The notes: a model not told the origin generated them from the letters alone. A stretch of 64,000 nt of DNA from an uncultured delta proteobacterium (GCA_963796685.1 CAWCMR010000008.1:544001-608000), one strand, 5' to 3'. Positions 1-12,643 are shown, counted from the first letter of the stretch. Translations and numbers: made by a program.

Positions 1-2485
<2,485 letters not shown>

Positions 2486-2563
2486 GTCCAGGGGGTTTAC
2501 CCGTGAGATGCACGAAGGTCAACGAGAGCAACTCGTGCTAGCGTAGGCTGCGTCAGTGGCCCC

Positions 2564-4446
2564 ATGATTCGTCTTCCGCGCATCGTGAACCTTGCCGGCT
2601 GCCTCTTGGCAGGCGTGGCTGCGACTGGCTGCCGAGCCCAGTCCATGATGCCCCTGCCCGACGCCGCACGCGAAGGCATCCTCAGTTTGAGCGCGGTGCC
2701 CGACTCCCTGGTCATCCGGCCGGGCAGCAGCGGCCGCATCAAGTTCCAGCTGCGCGACCAGTTGGGCCTGCCGGTGGCGAGCTCCCCCTCGACTTCGCCG
2801 TCATCGGGGATGGGACCACGGAGGCGCAGCTTTCGTCCAGTCAGGGGCTCACCGACGTCAACGGGAGCGCTGTGGTCGAGGTCATGGTCGGCAATCTGGC
2901 CAGCGACAACAGTCCTGCGGCCTTCTCCGTTACCGCCACCTACCAGGGTTCGGCGACAGCGCAAGTCGATGTCCTGGTCACCACCAACGCCTACTCGGTC
3001 GAGATCCTGCCCGTGCCTGCCGTAGACTTGCTTGGCTCCACTTCGATCGCGTCCACGAAGCTCCTGTTCTACGACGACACGACATGCGGAGAGCTGGATC
3101 TGACCAACCTGAATGCCGCGCCCACTCGGCCGCGCAGCACCCCGCAACACCCCGTGGTCGCAAATTCGACCTGGGTGTTCTCCGGGGTCGCGGCCAGCGG
3201 CAGCCACGCCGTGGTCGGATTGGGGCTCGACAGCAACAACTTCATCCAAATCGGTGGCTGCGTCGACATCGCAGGTGCTTCCCTGCTCGAGTCGGAAACC
3301 ATTCGAGCAACGCTGTTCATGGACCGCCTGTTTCCGGTGCCGATGGGGAACTACCAGGTGGCCTCCGACTTCAAGCTCACGCCCGCGCCATCGGGCCTCG
3401 GCGCCATTCAGTCGGCCTGGGGACAATGGACGCGCTGTCCCCTCGACCCCGCCCGCCTATGGCTCGATTGCACCCTGGACGCCCTTGCCACGGATCCAGC
3501 CACGGATCCCCTGGACTGCGTTCCCATGCCTGGCGCCGAGGGCGCCTTGGGCGACCTGCTCTTCGCTCGCCGAGGCACGGTGGTCGCGCCGGCAGCCGGA
3601 ACCAGCCCAAGCACATCGGACACGCCGTGCCGCGCCCTGACCGACGGCGATGGCAACACCAGCCTCGACGCCATCGTCACGAGCCTATTTTCCGGGACAA
3701 GCGATCAGCTCCAGGGGACCAAGCTGGGCGACCTTCCCATGGAGATCGCCGCCCTATTGGATGACGTTCACCTCGATTCCTCGATGGCCATCACGGCCGC
3801 CGACGACGTCAACGGTTACACGATCGAGCACGACCTTCTGGGGGTGACCTTCCCCGACGCACTCGCGCCCATCAGCTTCAAGACGACAGACCTGGGCCTG
3901 CCGGTCGCGAGCGTTTCCGGGATCTTGGCGACGCTCAAAGCCGGCCAGCTATCCATTCCCAGCCATGGATTCACCCTGCGGCTCGGTACCACCGCACGCT
4001 ACGCCTTCGAGGCCACCAGCCTCAAATCCAGGGGCGCCGAGAACACTGGTACCCTGGTAAATTCGGTCTGTGCCCTGGCGCAGAAGAGTGATCAAGGCAG
4101 CGTGCTCTCGGGATGCCACGCCTTGGATGCCGCAGTCTGCGATCAGCTCGGGCTATCCAGGCTGTGTTTGTTCGACGCTTGCCAGAACGGGCTTGCCGCG
4201 TTGGCCTCCGGTCTGGCCAAGACGTTCGACGGTCTGAACGGCAACAGTCTCGACTTCTTCCTTTCCGGCTCGACTCCGGTGGTCGATGTGAATGGTGACG
4301 GACTCGCCGATGCCTTGGGGCAAGGAGGTCGGGCCGGCAGCGTGTCAGCGGGTCCCGGTTTGTGGTCGGCCACGTTTGACGCGCAAGGAGGAGGGTACGT
4401 CATCTATGGTTCATGGAGCGCCTCGAAGGTGGCCAGCGGGCCTTGA
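2564..4446 (+). CDS. Large secreted lipoprotein with Ig-like N-terminal region; split by a 1-bp deletion near 2783
   Basis: Lipobox-like ...VAATGC in ORF 2564 continues after the frameshift as PLDFAVIGDGTTEAQLSSSQGLTDVNGSAVVEV into ORF 2872..4446; Cys-rich. Confidence 0.7.
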
Positions 4447-4483
4447 TTGCGCGTAGGACTGGCCCAACAAACCCGCCCGTGAG

Positions 4484-6652
4484 ATGATCCATCCAATTAG
4501 AGAAATGGCTCGTCATCCCGGCATCGAAGCAGAATCAGCGAACGCCGCGCTCCGCACGGGAAGCGACGCTGCACCGAGCCTCGCGCAGGCGGCCGACAGC
4601 GCTTCCTTGTCCGCGGACAGTACCGGTCTCACCGGAAGCTCCTCAATCGCGCCGACGAGCGACCCACCCCAGGTGGCCAAGACCGGCATCACGCGGAATC
4701 CCTCGTCGGCCACGCCGGCGGGCGGCCCGGCCCCGGTGGTCAAGACCGGCATCACGCAGACCCCGTCGGCCACGCCCGCCAGCAGCCCTCCACCGGCGGT
4801 CAAGACCGGCACGCGGCATCCCGCGGCCACGCCGACCAGCGGTCTTTCCCCGGTGGTCAGGACCGGCACGCGGCACCCCGCGGCCACGCCGACCAGTGGT
4901 CCTCCCCCGGTCAAGACCGGCACGAAGCACCCCTTGGCCACCCCGGCCAGCGGCCCGCCCCCGCTGGCCAAGATCGCCCCCCCCAACCCGGAATCCGGCG
5001 TCAACCGAACCCCGTCGCCGCTCGTGACCTCGGGCTTGCACGCCCCCGCGCCCACGCCCGGACCGGTGATTCAGCAATTCGTAACCCTCGGACGGTACCA
5101 ACTGCTCTCCCGACTCGCGGTCGGCGGGATGGCCGAGGTCTACCTGGCGCGGCAGGGCGAGCTGTCAGGGTTCAAAACCCTGGTGGTGGTGAAGAAAGTT
5201 CTGCCCCACCTGGCCGTGAAACCCGACTTCATCGCCATGTTTCTCGACGAGGCACGCATCGCCTCCATGCTCGACCACCCCAATGTCGTGCGCATCACCG
5301 AGGTCGGCCGCACCGAGAGCGAGTACTTCCTGGCCATGGAGCTGGTGCAAGGGAAGTCTCTGGCATCGATCCTTCAGCAGTCGGAAAGGGCCAAGACGCC
5401 GATCCCGCACAACCTGAGCGCGCTCGTGGTGGCCAACGCGGCGGCGGGTTTGCATCACGCCCACCAGTTGACCGACGCCTCGGGCAACCTCCTCGGCCTC
5501 GTCCACCGCGACGTCTCGCCCCAGAACATCATGGTGTCCTTCGAAGGGTCGGTGAAGGTCATCGATTTCGGCATCGCCCGCGCCCTCGGCCGACTGGGCG
5601 ATACCAACTCGGGCTCGCTCAAGGGGAAGCTGGGCTACATGGCTCCCGAGCAGGCACGCGGAGAGCCGGTCGATGCGCGGGCAGATATCTTCTCGCTCGG
5701 CGTGGTGTTGTGGGAATGCATCGCCGGTCGCCGGCTGTTCTTGCGCGAAAACGAGCTGGCCACCCTGCGCGCGGTGGTCTACGAGCCCATCCCCAGCGCG
5801 AGCAAGTTCACCGAGGTCGATCCCGCCCTCGATGCCATCATTCGCCGCTCGGTCGCCCGCAACGTCGAGGAACGATTCCAGACCGCCGAGGAGATGCGCA
5901 TCGCCCTCGAGCGATGGGTGTTCTCGTCAGGGGGTGCCAGCACCCACGATCTCTCGACCTTGATGAAGTCCTGGTTTCCGAGCGACCACCTGCAGTGGCA
6001 ACGAGCGGCCCGCCTGGCGCTCGACATGCAGGAGTCCGATCCGCCCATCGATGTGGCGTTTCCCAGTCTGGACGCCAGCAGGACCGGGCACTCCAGGACC
6101 GGGGCCGGCCGCATGGAAGGTTCCGGATCGGGACAGAGGGTGGGATCCGAATCGAGCCATCGCGCCTTGCAGCCGCTGACCCTCCCTGCACCCATGCAGG
6201 AGGTGCCTGACCTCCGCCCGAAATTCTGGCGCCATCTCGCCACCCCGATGCTGGTGGTGCTGGCCCTACTTGCCGTCGGGGGCGCCGTCTATTACTACCA
6301 AAACAGCAGGACTCCTCCCGCGCTGCCCGCCGCGGGAGACAACGCCGCGGCCCCGGTGCGGCCCATGGTCGAAACCCTGCCAGCCGCCGAGGGACCCGAC
6401 CGCGCCACGACCGACAGCGGCAAGCATCCCCAGCGTGCAGGAGAAGCACCCCGACCTCAGGAACGAGCGCCCGGCAATTCGACCGATGAAGCGTCCTCGG
6501 GAAAGAAAAAAAACCGAGGCGCGTCGGGCGAAAAACGCGCGATACTATACCAGGAGAACGGAAGGGAAGGCGGTCCTGGCAAGCGCCCCAACCCGTTCGC
6601 CGACAAGTCCGCGGTCAAGAAGAACCACAGTCCTCGCCCCAACCCCTTCTAG
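4484..6652 (+). CDS. Membrane Ser/Thr protein kinase with long Pro/Thr-rich repeated N-terminus
   Basis: GGMAEVY, VVKK, HRDVSPQN, DFGIA, GKLGYMAPE motifs; TM segment near the C-terminus. Confidence 0.95.
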   Translation: MIHPIREMARHPGIEAESANAALRTGSDAAPSLAQAADSASLSADSTGLTGSSSIAPTSDPPQVAKTGITRNPSSATPAGGPAPVVKTGITQTPSATPASSPPPAVKTGTRHPAATPTSGLSPVVRTGTRHPAATPTSGPPPVKTGTKHPLATPASGPPPLAKIAPPNPESGVNRTPSPLVTSGLHAPAPTPGPVIQQFVTLGRYQLLSRLAVGGMAEVYLARQGELSGFKTLVVVKKVLPHLAVKPDFIAMFLDEARIASMLDHPNVVRITEVGRTESEYFLAMELVQGKSLASILQQSERAKTPIPHNLSALVVANAAAGLHHAHQLTDASGNLLGLVHRDVSPQNIMVSFEGSVKVIDFGIARALGRLGDTNSGSLKGKLGYMAPEQARGEPVDARADIFSLGVVLWECIAGRRLFLRENELATLRAVVYEPIPSASKFTEVDPALDAIIRRSVARNVEERFQTAEEMRIALERWVFSSGGASTHDLSTLMKSWFPSDHLQWQRAARLALDMQESDPPIDVAFPSLDASRTGHSRTGAGRMEGSGSGQRVGSESSHRALQPLTLPAPMQEVPDLRPKFWRHLATPMLVVLALLAVGGAVYYYQNSRTPPALPAAGDNAAAPVRPMVETLPAAEGPDRATTDSGKHPQRAGEAPRPQERAPGNSTDEASSGKKKNRGASGEKRAILYQENGREGGPGKRPNPFADKSAVKKNHSPRPNPF
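4673..4975 (+). repeat. About five tandem 54-63 bp coding repeats (V-K-T-G-x-x-x-P-x-A-T-P-x-S/G-G/S-P-P)
   Basis: Repeated aagaccggca...gccacgcc units; peptides VAKTGITRNPSSATPAGGPAP, VVKTGITQTPSATPASSPPP, AVKTGTRHPAATPTSGLSP, VVRTGTRHPAATPTSGPP, PVKTGTKHPLATPASGPPP. Confidence 0.85.
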
Positions 6653-6667
6653 CCATTTGGCAACGCC

Positions 6668-7585
6668 ATGAAGCACACGCCCCTTGCACGACGAATCTCG
6701 CGACGGCTCGTTACCCCATGCTTCGCGCTTCTGTTCTTGGCCCCCGGCGCCGCGCGCGCGGCGGAGTGTCCGGCCTCCTCTCCCGAGGATCCTCAAGAGC
6801 GCCGAAGGCTGGCCAAGGAGTGGTTCGGTCTGGCCGAGACTGCCGAGAACGGCGGCAACGACGCCGAGGCGACGCGCGACTATGCCTGTTCGTACAAAAT
6901 GGTTGCCCACCCCTTCACCGCCTACAACCTGGGGCGCGTGGCCGAGCGGAGCGGCGACAACGAGCTGGCGCTCAAGATGTTCAAGGCCTACCTGACGCTC
7001 AAACCCGATGCCCAAGACAGGGAAGAAGTGAAGAGCAAGGTCAAGGCCCTGGAGGACAAGATTGCTTCCGCCGGCACGAGCGGCCCCTCCGAGGGCACGA
7101 ACGCGGAGGAAGGCACCCAGGCTGCACCGACACCCGCACCGGAGCCGCCGCAGGAACAACTGGCGCCACCACCCGAGCCCAAGCCGGCCCAGGTCGTGCA
7201 AACCCCCAGACCCGCCGAACCCGCGCCCGAGCAAGAACCCCCTTCCCATGCCATGGAATGGATCGTGGGCGGGGCCAGCGCAGCCGTCCTGGTCGGCGGC
7301 ATTGCGCTCAACCTCGCCGCGCGCAGCAAGATGAGCACTTGCGAGGCCGATGGGGCCAAGGGCTCCTACGCGTCGGCCAACGACGCGTGCAATTCCGCCC
7401 GGCCGCTGGCCTTTACCTCGTACGCCCTCTTCAGCCTCGCGGCGGTGGGTGCCGGGGTGGACGCGGTTCTCATCTACCTTCATCATCGAAGCAATGGCAG
7501 CGCGTCCTCGGACGATGACTCTTCGGTGGGCTTCCTGTTGCTGCCGGGCGGTGGTGGCGCCCTGACCGCACGGGGCAGATTCTAG
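6668..7585 (+). CDS. Secreted tetratricopeptide-repeat protein with C-terminal hydrophobic segments
   Basis: Signal peptide, TPR-like AYNLGRVAERSGDNELALKMFKAYLTLKPDA, Pro-rich linker, C-terminal ...RGRF; typical kinase neighbour in myxobacteria. Confidence 0.8.
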   Translation: MKHTPLARRISRRLVTPCFALLFLAPGAARAAECPASSPEDPQERRRLAKEWFGLAETAENGGNDAEATRDYACSYKMVAHPFTAYNLGRVAERSGDNELALKMFKAYLTLKPDAQDREEVKSKVKALEDKIASAGTSGPSEGTNAEEGTQAAPTPAPEPPQEQLAPPPEPKPAQVVQTPRPAEPAPEQEPPSHAMEWIVGGASAAVLVGGIALNLAARSKMSTCEADGAKGSYASANDACNSARPLAFTSYALFSLAAVGAGVDAVLIYLHHRSNGSASSDDDSSVGFLLLPGGGGALTARGRF

Positions 7586-7633
7586 GCTCTTCTGACTGAT
7601 CTGGCTGATCTCGCAAGCCCGGACCGCGAAGCC

Positions 7634-8281
7634 TTGCTTCGCCACGCCCGGGCGCTCCTGGGCGCGACGCTTGCCGAGGTGGCGGACGGGCTCGGCATGC
7701 CCGTGCCGGTGGGTGCACTCAGAACCAAGGGCTGGTCGGGCCAGGTCGTCGAGCGCGAGCTCGGCGCGGGCGACGGCGCCACCCACGGTCCCGATTTCGC
7801 CGCCCTCGGCATCGAGCTCAAGACCGTGCCGGTCCACGGCGACCTGATCCCGCTGGAGTCCACGGCGGTGTGCCTCATCGATCCCGTCGCCATCGCGGGC
7901 GAATCCTGGACCACGAGCTATGTGCGACGAAAGCTGTCCCAGGTTCTCTTCGTCGCGCTGGAGGTTCCACAAGGCGCCCGCTCGGTCGGCGAACGGCGGG
8001 TGGTGGCGGTGACGCTGTGGACGCCCTCGCCGGAGCAGGAGGCCGCCTTGCGCGCCGACTTCGAGCTGTTCGCACGCACCTATTTTCGCAGCGGGCGCTC
8101 GGCGGAGATCACGGGACACCTTGGCCAGGTCATGCAGGTGCGTCCCAAGGCGAGAAATGCCGACGACCACCGCAACGCCTTCGGACCGAATGGCGAGCCC
8201 GTGCGCATCGGCAAGTGTGGGTTCTATCTCCGCCCGGCCTTCGTCAGGGGCATACTGCGCAGCGGAGACACGATTCGATGA
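7634..8281 (+). CDS. mutH: MutH/Sau3AI-family endonuclease
   Basis: KGWSGQVVERELGA, PDFAALGIELKT (D..E-x-K), SYVRRKL, QVRPKA and GFYLR align with E. coli MutH; start is non-ATG (TTG 7634 or CTG 7592/7601). Confidence 0.85.
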   Translation: MLRHARALLGATLAEVADGLGMPVPVGALRTKGWSGQVVERELGAGDGATHGPDFAALGIELKTVPVHGDLIPLESTAVCLIDPVAIAGESWTTSYVRRKLSQVLFVALEVPQGARSVGERRVVAVTLWTPSPEQEAALRADFELFARTYFRSGRSAEITGHLGQVMQVRPKARNADDHRNAFGPNGEPVRIGKCGFYLRPAFVRGILRSGDTIR

Positions 8282-9792
8282 AATGCGTCGTCCGTCCATG
8301 TGCCGCCCTTGCTCTCGCCGGCCTCATCGGATTCTGCCCACCCGCGAAGGCCGAGCAGACGCAACCTCTTTCCGTCCTGCAGGCCATTGCGCGCGCCGTG
8401 GCCGGCAACCCCGACCTGCGCCGAGAACGCGTCGCCGTCGCACAAGCCGCCGCTCGCGCGCTGCAGGCGGAGGGTAAGTTCGACGTGCTTGTCGACGCCG
8501 CGCTGGAGAGAAAGCACGACATGGTGCCGCCGCTCACGTGCACGTCTTGTCAGGACCTGCCCCTGTTCGGCACCACCACGACCACGGCGGAGCTCGGCCT
8601 TGCCCGCGGCTTGGAGACCGGCGGGACGTTGCGGTTGTCGGGCTTGGTCAGCCAGGCCACGGCCGACGTCCCCGACAGCCTTGCCAATGATTCGGGCGTG
8701 CTGCCTGGAACCTACTACAACAGCAAGCTCGCGCTGACCTTCTTCCACCCCCTCCTGCGCGGTTTCGGAACCGAGGTGACCCTGGCCAATCTGCGCAAGT
8801 CGCGCGTCCAGCGCGACGTCGCCCAGTTGGGCCGCCAGATGCGCGCGTGCAATGTCATTCGCGACGTCGTCGTCGCCTACTGGGAATTGGCCTATGCCAC
8901 GCAAGACCTTGCCATCAAGCGCTCGGCCCTAGCCCTGGCGCAGGATCAGCTGCGCATCACCAAGGCGATGATCGGCGCGGGTCGCCTTGCCGATGCAGAC
9001 GCGGCGTCCGTCGAACGAGCCATCGCACAACACCAGGAGGACTTGGCCACGGGCGAACAAACCCTCTTTTTCCGCAGCCTGGATCTGCAACGCCTATTCG
9101 GCGTGCCCGCGGACGCGAACATCGCGCTGCTCACGGCTGTCGACGCGCCATCCGCGGTACCGACGACCGTGGACGAAGCCGCCGAGATCGGCCGCGCGAT
9201 CGAGGCCAACCCGCAGCTGCGCGCGCTCAAGCTCGGGCTGCAACTTTCCCAACTCGACGTGGCCACCGCACGCAGCACCTTGCGCCCCAGGCTCGACTTC
9301 ACCGGCAGCGTTGGCCCGGCGGGTTTCAAACCTTCCCTGGGGGACTCGTTCAAACAAACCGCCGGCCTGGGGGCCCTGGCCTGGTCCGCCGGCCTCCGCT
9401 TCGAGCTTCCCGTGCAGAACCGGGCCGCGCACGGCCAGATGCAGGCGGCGGAGGAGGATCTCAACCTCGCCCACCTCAATGCCGAGGACTTCGCCGCGCA
9501 ACTTCGCGATCTCGTCCTGCGCACGGCGCGCAGCATCCGCACCGCCAGCGCCCGTGTCGAGCTCGGCCGGCGCGAGGTCGAGTTCGCCCAGCAGAACCTG
9601 GACGCCGAGCGGGCCCGCTTTCAAGCCGGCCGAGCCACCAACAACGATGTGCTGCTCCGCCAGCAAGAGCTCAAGGACGCCGAGACGCGCCTCTTGCGCG
9701 CCACCGTGGATCAGAACGAATCCGAGATCGCCTTGGCGGCCGCGACGGCCGAGGTATTGGACCGCTACGGCGTCGTGCTCAAGGGACTGTAG
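8278..9792 (+). CDS. TolC-family outer membrane efflux protein
   Basis: ATG 8278 overlaps the mutH stop (ATGA); signal peptide; A.NPDL, VVVAYWEL, NPQL, ARFQAGRATNNDVL two-repeat OEP pattern. Confidence 0.9.
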   Translation: MKCVVRPCAALALAGLIGFCPPAKAEQTQPLSVLQAIARAVAGNPDLRRERVAVAQAAARALQAEGKFDVLVDAALERKHDMVPPLTCTSCQDLPLFGTTTTTAELGLARGLETGGTLRLSGLVSQATADVPDSLANDSGVLPGTYYNSKLALTFFHPLLRGFGTEVTLANLRKSRVQRDVAQLGRQMRACNVIRDVVVAYWELAYATQDLAIKRSALALAQDQLRITKAMIGAGRLADADAASVERAIAQHQEDLATGEQTLFFRSLDLQRLFGVPADANIALLTAVDAPSAVPTTVDEAAEIGRAIEANPQLRALKLGLQLSQLDVATARSTLRPRLDFTGSVGPAGFKPSLGDSFKQTAGLGALAWSAGLRFELPVQNRAAHGQMQAAEEDLNLAHLNAEDFAAQLRDLVLRTARSIRTASARVELGRREVEFAQQNLDAERARFQAGRATNNDVLLRQQELKDAETRLLRATVDQNESEIALAAATAEVLDRYGVVLKGL

Positions 9793-9812
9793 CTCGGTTC
9801 GGTGAGCAGTGG

Positions 9813-9912
9813 CACACAGAGGACACAGGGAACACAGAGGATAGTAAACAGAAGAACCCTCGGAGCCAAGATCCGGGAAAGCCATTCCTCTGCGTCCTCC
9901 GTGTTCTCTGTG
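9813..9912. repeat. REP-like imperfect inverted repeat built of 9-bp units (CACAGAGGA...TCCTCTGTG type)
   Basis: Left arm cacagaggacacagggaacacagagg (9815-9840) pairs with right arm cctctgcgtcctccgtgttctctgtg (9887-9912); lies between convergent genes. Confidence 0.75.
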
Positions 9913-9923
9913 TTTTCCTTCCC

Positions 9924-11141
9924 CTAGGGTGGGCATACCTCGTAGGTGGCATCGCAACCGCCGCGCGGCGCGGGCACGCTGGCCGCGACGCTGTCGTCGG
10001 GATCGGCCTCGACGAAGTAGCCGTCGCCATCGCCATCTACGCGCGCGGAATCGCTGGCCACATAGCGATCGCCGTTGACGGTGTAATCGATGCCGGTCGT
10101 GGTGCGCACGACCACGTGGCCCACCACCTTGCCGGTGCGCAGGTCCGTGCCGGGATCGCCGTGCTCGGTCAGATAGAGGGCCGATGTGGTCAGCAAACGG
10201 TCGATGGTGCCTTGGGTGGGGTGGCCGTATGCATTTCCGTCGGCGACCTGGATGATGGACACCCGAGGCTGCATCTCGGCCAAAAGCGTGCCATTGGAAG
10301 CGTGGCTGCTGCCGTGGTGGCTCACGCGGTAGACGTCGACGTCTTTCACCAGGGGTGCCGCGCGCGTCTCGATATCGTGATACGAATATCCTCCCTGTGC
10401 CGAGACCAGCATCTGCCCGGACATGTCGCCCGCGGTGAGGTAGTCGAGCCTGCCCATGCGCAAGAGCACCGCGATGGAATAGTCGTTCTCGTCCGGCGGC
10501 GTGGGGTCGGCCGCGAAATCCCCGGCCGGTAGAACGCCGTTTGCGTCCACCGCAACGAAGGCGAGCTGCACGCCGTCGCCAAGCTGCACCTGACCCGCTC
10601 CCAGGGCGGCAATTTCAGGATGCAGGACTTCCGCCTCGCTGCTCTTCAGATAGGTGCGCCAGGTTTGCAAGGTGTCGCCGCCGGCGCCCCCGTAGCGGAA
10701 GAGGTCGCGATGGAGGAGCTTGCCGACCGTGAAGCCTTGCCGCTGCACGAGGTGCCAAATCCCTCCGTAGCCGGGATAGCCAACATGGTCGAGGTGAAAG
10801 TGCGACAAGACGACGTAGTCGAGACGGGCGCAGCCAAGCACCGCGCGGACATAGGCGCCCACGAGGGTCGCTCCGTCGTCGCTGTCCCAGGTGGCCTCGC
10901 CCGCGTCGATGAGCATGCTTCGCCCTGCGGGACTGACGATCAACGTGGACATCGCTTCGCCGGCATCGAGGTGATGGATTTCGAGCCAGCCCGGTTGCCA
11001 CGCTCCGCTGCCGCACACGCCTGTCCCTTGCGCTGAAGAGTTACCGCCAGCCTGCCCGCTTTGTAGGGACGCATCCGGGAGCGCGGGCATGCACGAAGCC
11101 GAAACGACGATGCACGCCAGAGGGAAGATCCTTGCTGCCAT
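9924..11141 (-). CDS. Secreted metallo-beta-lactamase-fold hydrolase (ComEC/Rec2-like)
   Basis: LIDAG, SHFHLDHVG, ENDYS, AGD, SHHGS, YGHP motifs; lipoprotein-like N-terminus. Confidence 0.88.
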   Translation of the reverse strand: MAARIFPLACIVVSASCMPALPDASLQSGQAGGNSSAQGTGVCGSGAWQPGWLEIHHLDAGEAMSTLIVSPAGRSMLIDAGEATWDSDDGATLVGAYVRAVLGCARLDYVVLSHFHLDHVGYPGYGGIWHLVQRQGFTVGKLLHRDLFRYGGAGGDTLQTWRTYLKSSEAEVLHPEIAALGAGQVQLGDGVQLAFVAVDANGVLPAGDFAADPTPPDENDYSIAVLLRMGRLDYLTAGDMSGQMLVSAQGGYSYHDIETRAAPLVKDVDVYRVSHHGSSHASNGTLLAEMQPRVSIIQVADGNAYGHPTQGTIDRLLTTSALYLTEHGDPGTDLRTGKVVGHVVVRTTTGIDYTVNGDRYVASDSARVDGDGDGYFVEADPDDSVAASVPAPRGGCDATYEVCPP

Positions 11142-11329
11142 GCCTGCTTCTCGGCATGGACGTCGAAAAGGTTGCTTGAGACACGACGGTGTCCCCGAGA
11201 TTGTTTCCTACAGGTAACAATTATTGCATCAACCCAATAATCGCAATACCGACGGTAATCCTACATTGTAACCTTCGTGAATCAGGGGCATCTGAACGAA
11301 TGTAACTTGGATATCGGGGAGTCTTAGTC

Positions 11330-11902
11330 ATGGTATTTCTTACCTTGTTTCTTGCCGCCAACTTAGCTCAGCCTCTGCTCAGTTCCGCCGATCAGCATGC
11401 GCCTTCTCCACCGGCTGTCGTGGACTCTGCCCTACCGCAACTGCTCAAGCCAGCAGCGGCGTTGGCCAGTGCCTGCGCCACGCCGGGGAGAGTGTGCGCG
11501 TTCGCGGGAGGCAACGATACCTATGGTGATGAGCACCAGACCTCACAAGAAGCGTCCATCATCGTGCTCAAGCGCAGCTTCCGTATCGCCAGCATGGTCG
11601 CGGCCGCACCACCGGTCAATCAGCCCTGGCAGGTCGAGATCGTCGCTCGCTTCAAGGCGACCACGGTATCGGCGCCCATCAAAGTTGTCTTGCTCGACAA
11701 ACACGATCCCGATGCCGTGGACGAAAAACGCGCAATTGCGACTTGGGAAGTTCGCATGTCCCCCACGAGGCTGTTGGCCATGCGATTCGACCTGCGGCCC
11801 GAGGATGGCTTCGCCCCTGGACGCCGCTACCTCTTGCTCATGGTTCAGACGAGCCGCGTGGGCAAGACCATTCTCGCCCACGGTTACGTCAATCTGGAGT
11901 AG
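11330..11902 (+). CDS. Hypothetical secreted protein
   Basis: Signal-like N-terminus, GGGGAG RBS, AT-rich upstream region; no recognisable motif. Confidence 0.6.
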   Translation: MVFLTLFLAANLAQPLLSSADQHAPSPPAVVDSALPQLLKPAAALASACATPGRVCAFAGGNDTYGDEHQTSQEASIIVLKRSFRIASMVAAAPPVNQPWQVEIVARFKATTVSAPIKVVLLDKHDPDAVDEKRAIATWEVRMSPTRLLAMRFDLRPEDGFAPGRRYLLLMVQTSRVGKTILAHGYVNLE

Positions 11903-12005
11903 CGCGCCGTTAAGCCACTTGGCTTCGCTGTGGAGGCCAAAAGCCGACGCGGAAGCCAGGGATCCCAGCCTCCGTGCGGTGTCGACAGTGCTGCTGCGGG
12001 CGCGC

Positions 12006-12251
12006 TTACTTCGTCGCGGGCGCGGGGGCCTCTTGGGCGGGCGCGGCCGCCGTGGGCGCTTTCTCGGTGGCCTTGGTGCCCTTCTTCATCTTCTTGTCGG
12101 CCTTGGCGACCTTGGCATGGGCCGGCTTGGCTTCGGTGGCCCGGGCGACCTTGTGCGCGGCCGGCGTGGTCTTCGGCGCCTTGGTGGCCGCGAAGGCGGA
12201 GCTGCTGGTGAGGGCGGCGATTCCGAGGATGACGAGAATGTTCTTCAACAT
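12006..12251 (-). CDS. Small secreted Lys/Ala-rich low-complexity protein
   Basis: AAGGAG RBS before ATG 12251; signal peptide MLKNILVILGIAALTSSSAFA followed by a K/A/T/P-rich tail. Confidence 0.8.
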   Translation of the reverse strand: MLKNILVILGIAALTSSSAFAATKAPKTTPAAHKVARATEAKPAHAKVAKADKKMKKGTKATEKAPTAAAPAQEAPAPATK

Positions 12252-12297
12252 GGCGGCTTCTCCTTGGTGTGTGTTGCGAGTCTCACAAGGGACCAAT

Positions 12298-12313
12298 TGC
12301 ACTCGGCATGCCA
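12298..12313 (-). promoter_or_regulatory. Putative sigma54 (-24/-12) promoter
   Basis: Minus strand TGGCATGCCGAGTGCA = GG-N10-GC, about 46 bp upstream of the 12251 start. Confidence 0.6.
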
Positions 12314-12643
12314 GCGCGCCGCCGGAAAATAGCTCGCGAATCCGCTTCTTTTACCCGCGTGTCAGGGCCTGCGACGCCATTCCGCCCCGTTTCCGCACAC
12401 AAAACTGTCCACGCGTCAGTCGATAGGGACCAGCAGGTCGCTGGCACCGAATACACCCGGGAGCGCGGTCGAGTCTGGCGAGCCCCGGTAGGCGACCATC
12501 CGGTACGTCAAGGCCCCATCGTGGCAGAGGCGCAGCAAATGCCCGCCAGCCTCGTCCTCGCATGAAAGCGGAGCGCCGTCGCTTTCGAGGATTTGGCTCG
12601 TGTTGCCCGCCTGCGCTTCCCCCATTGCATTGGCATTTGCCAA

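Noticed and set aside
4673-4975. Regularly spaced repeats as a CRISPR array
   Set aside because: In-frame, degenerate coding repeats without unique spacers; no cas genes.
12416-12643. 75-aa ORF directly after ndh
   Set aside because: No recognisable motif and a weak start; may be a gene fragment.
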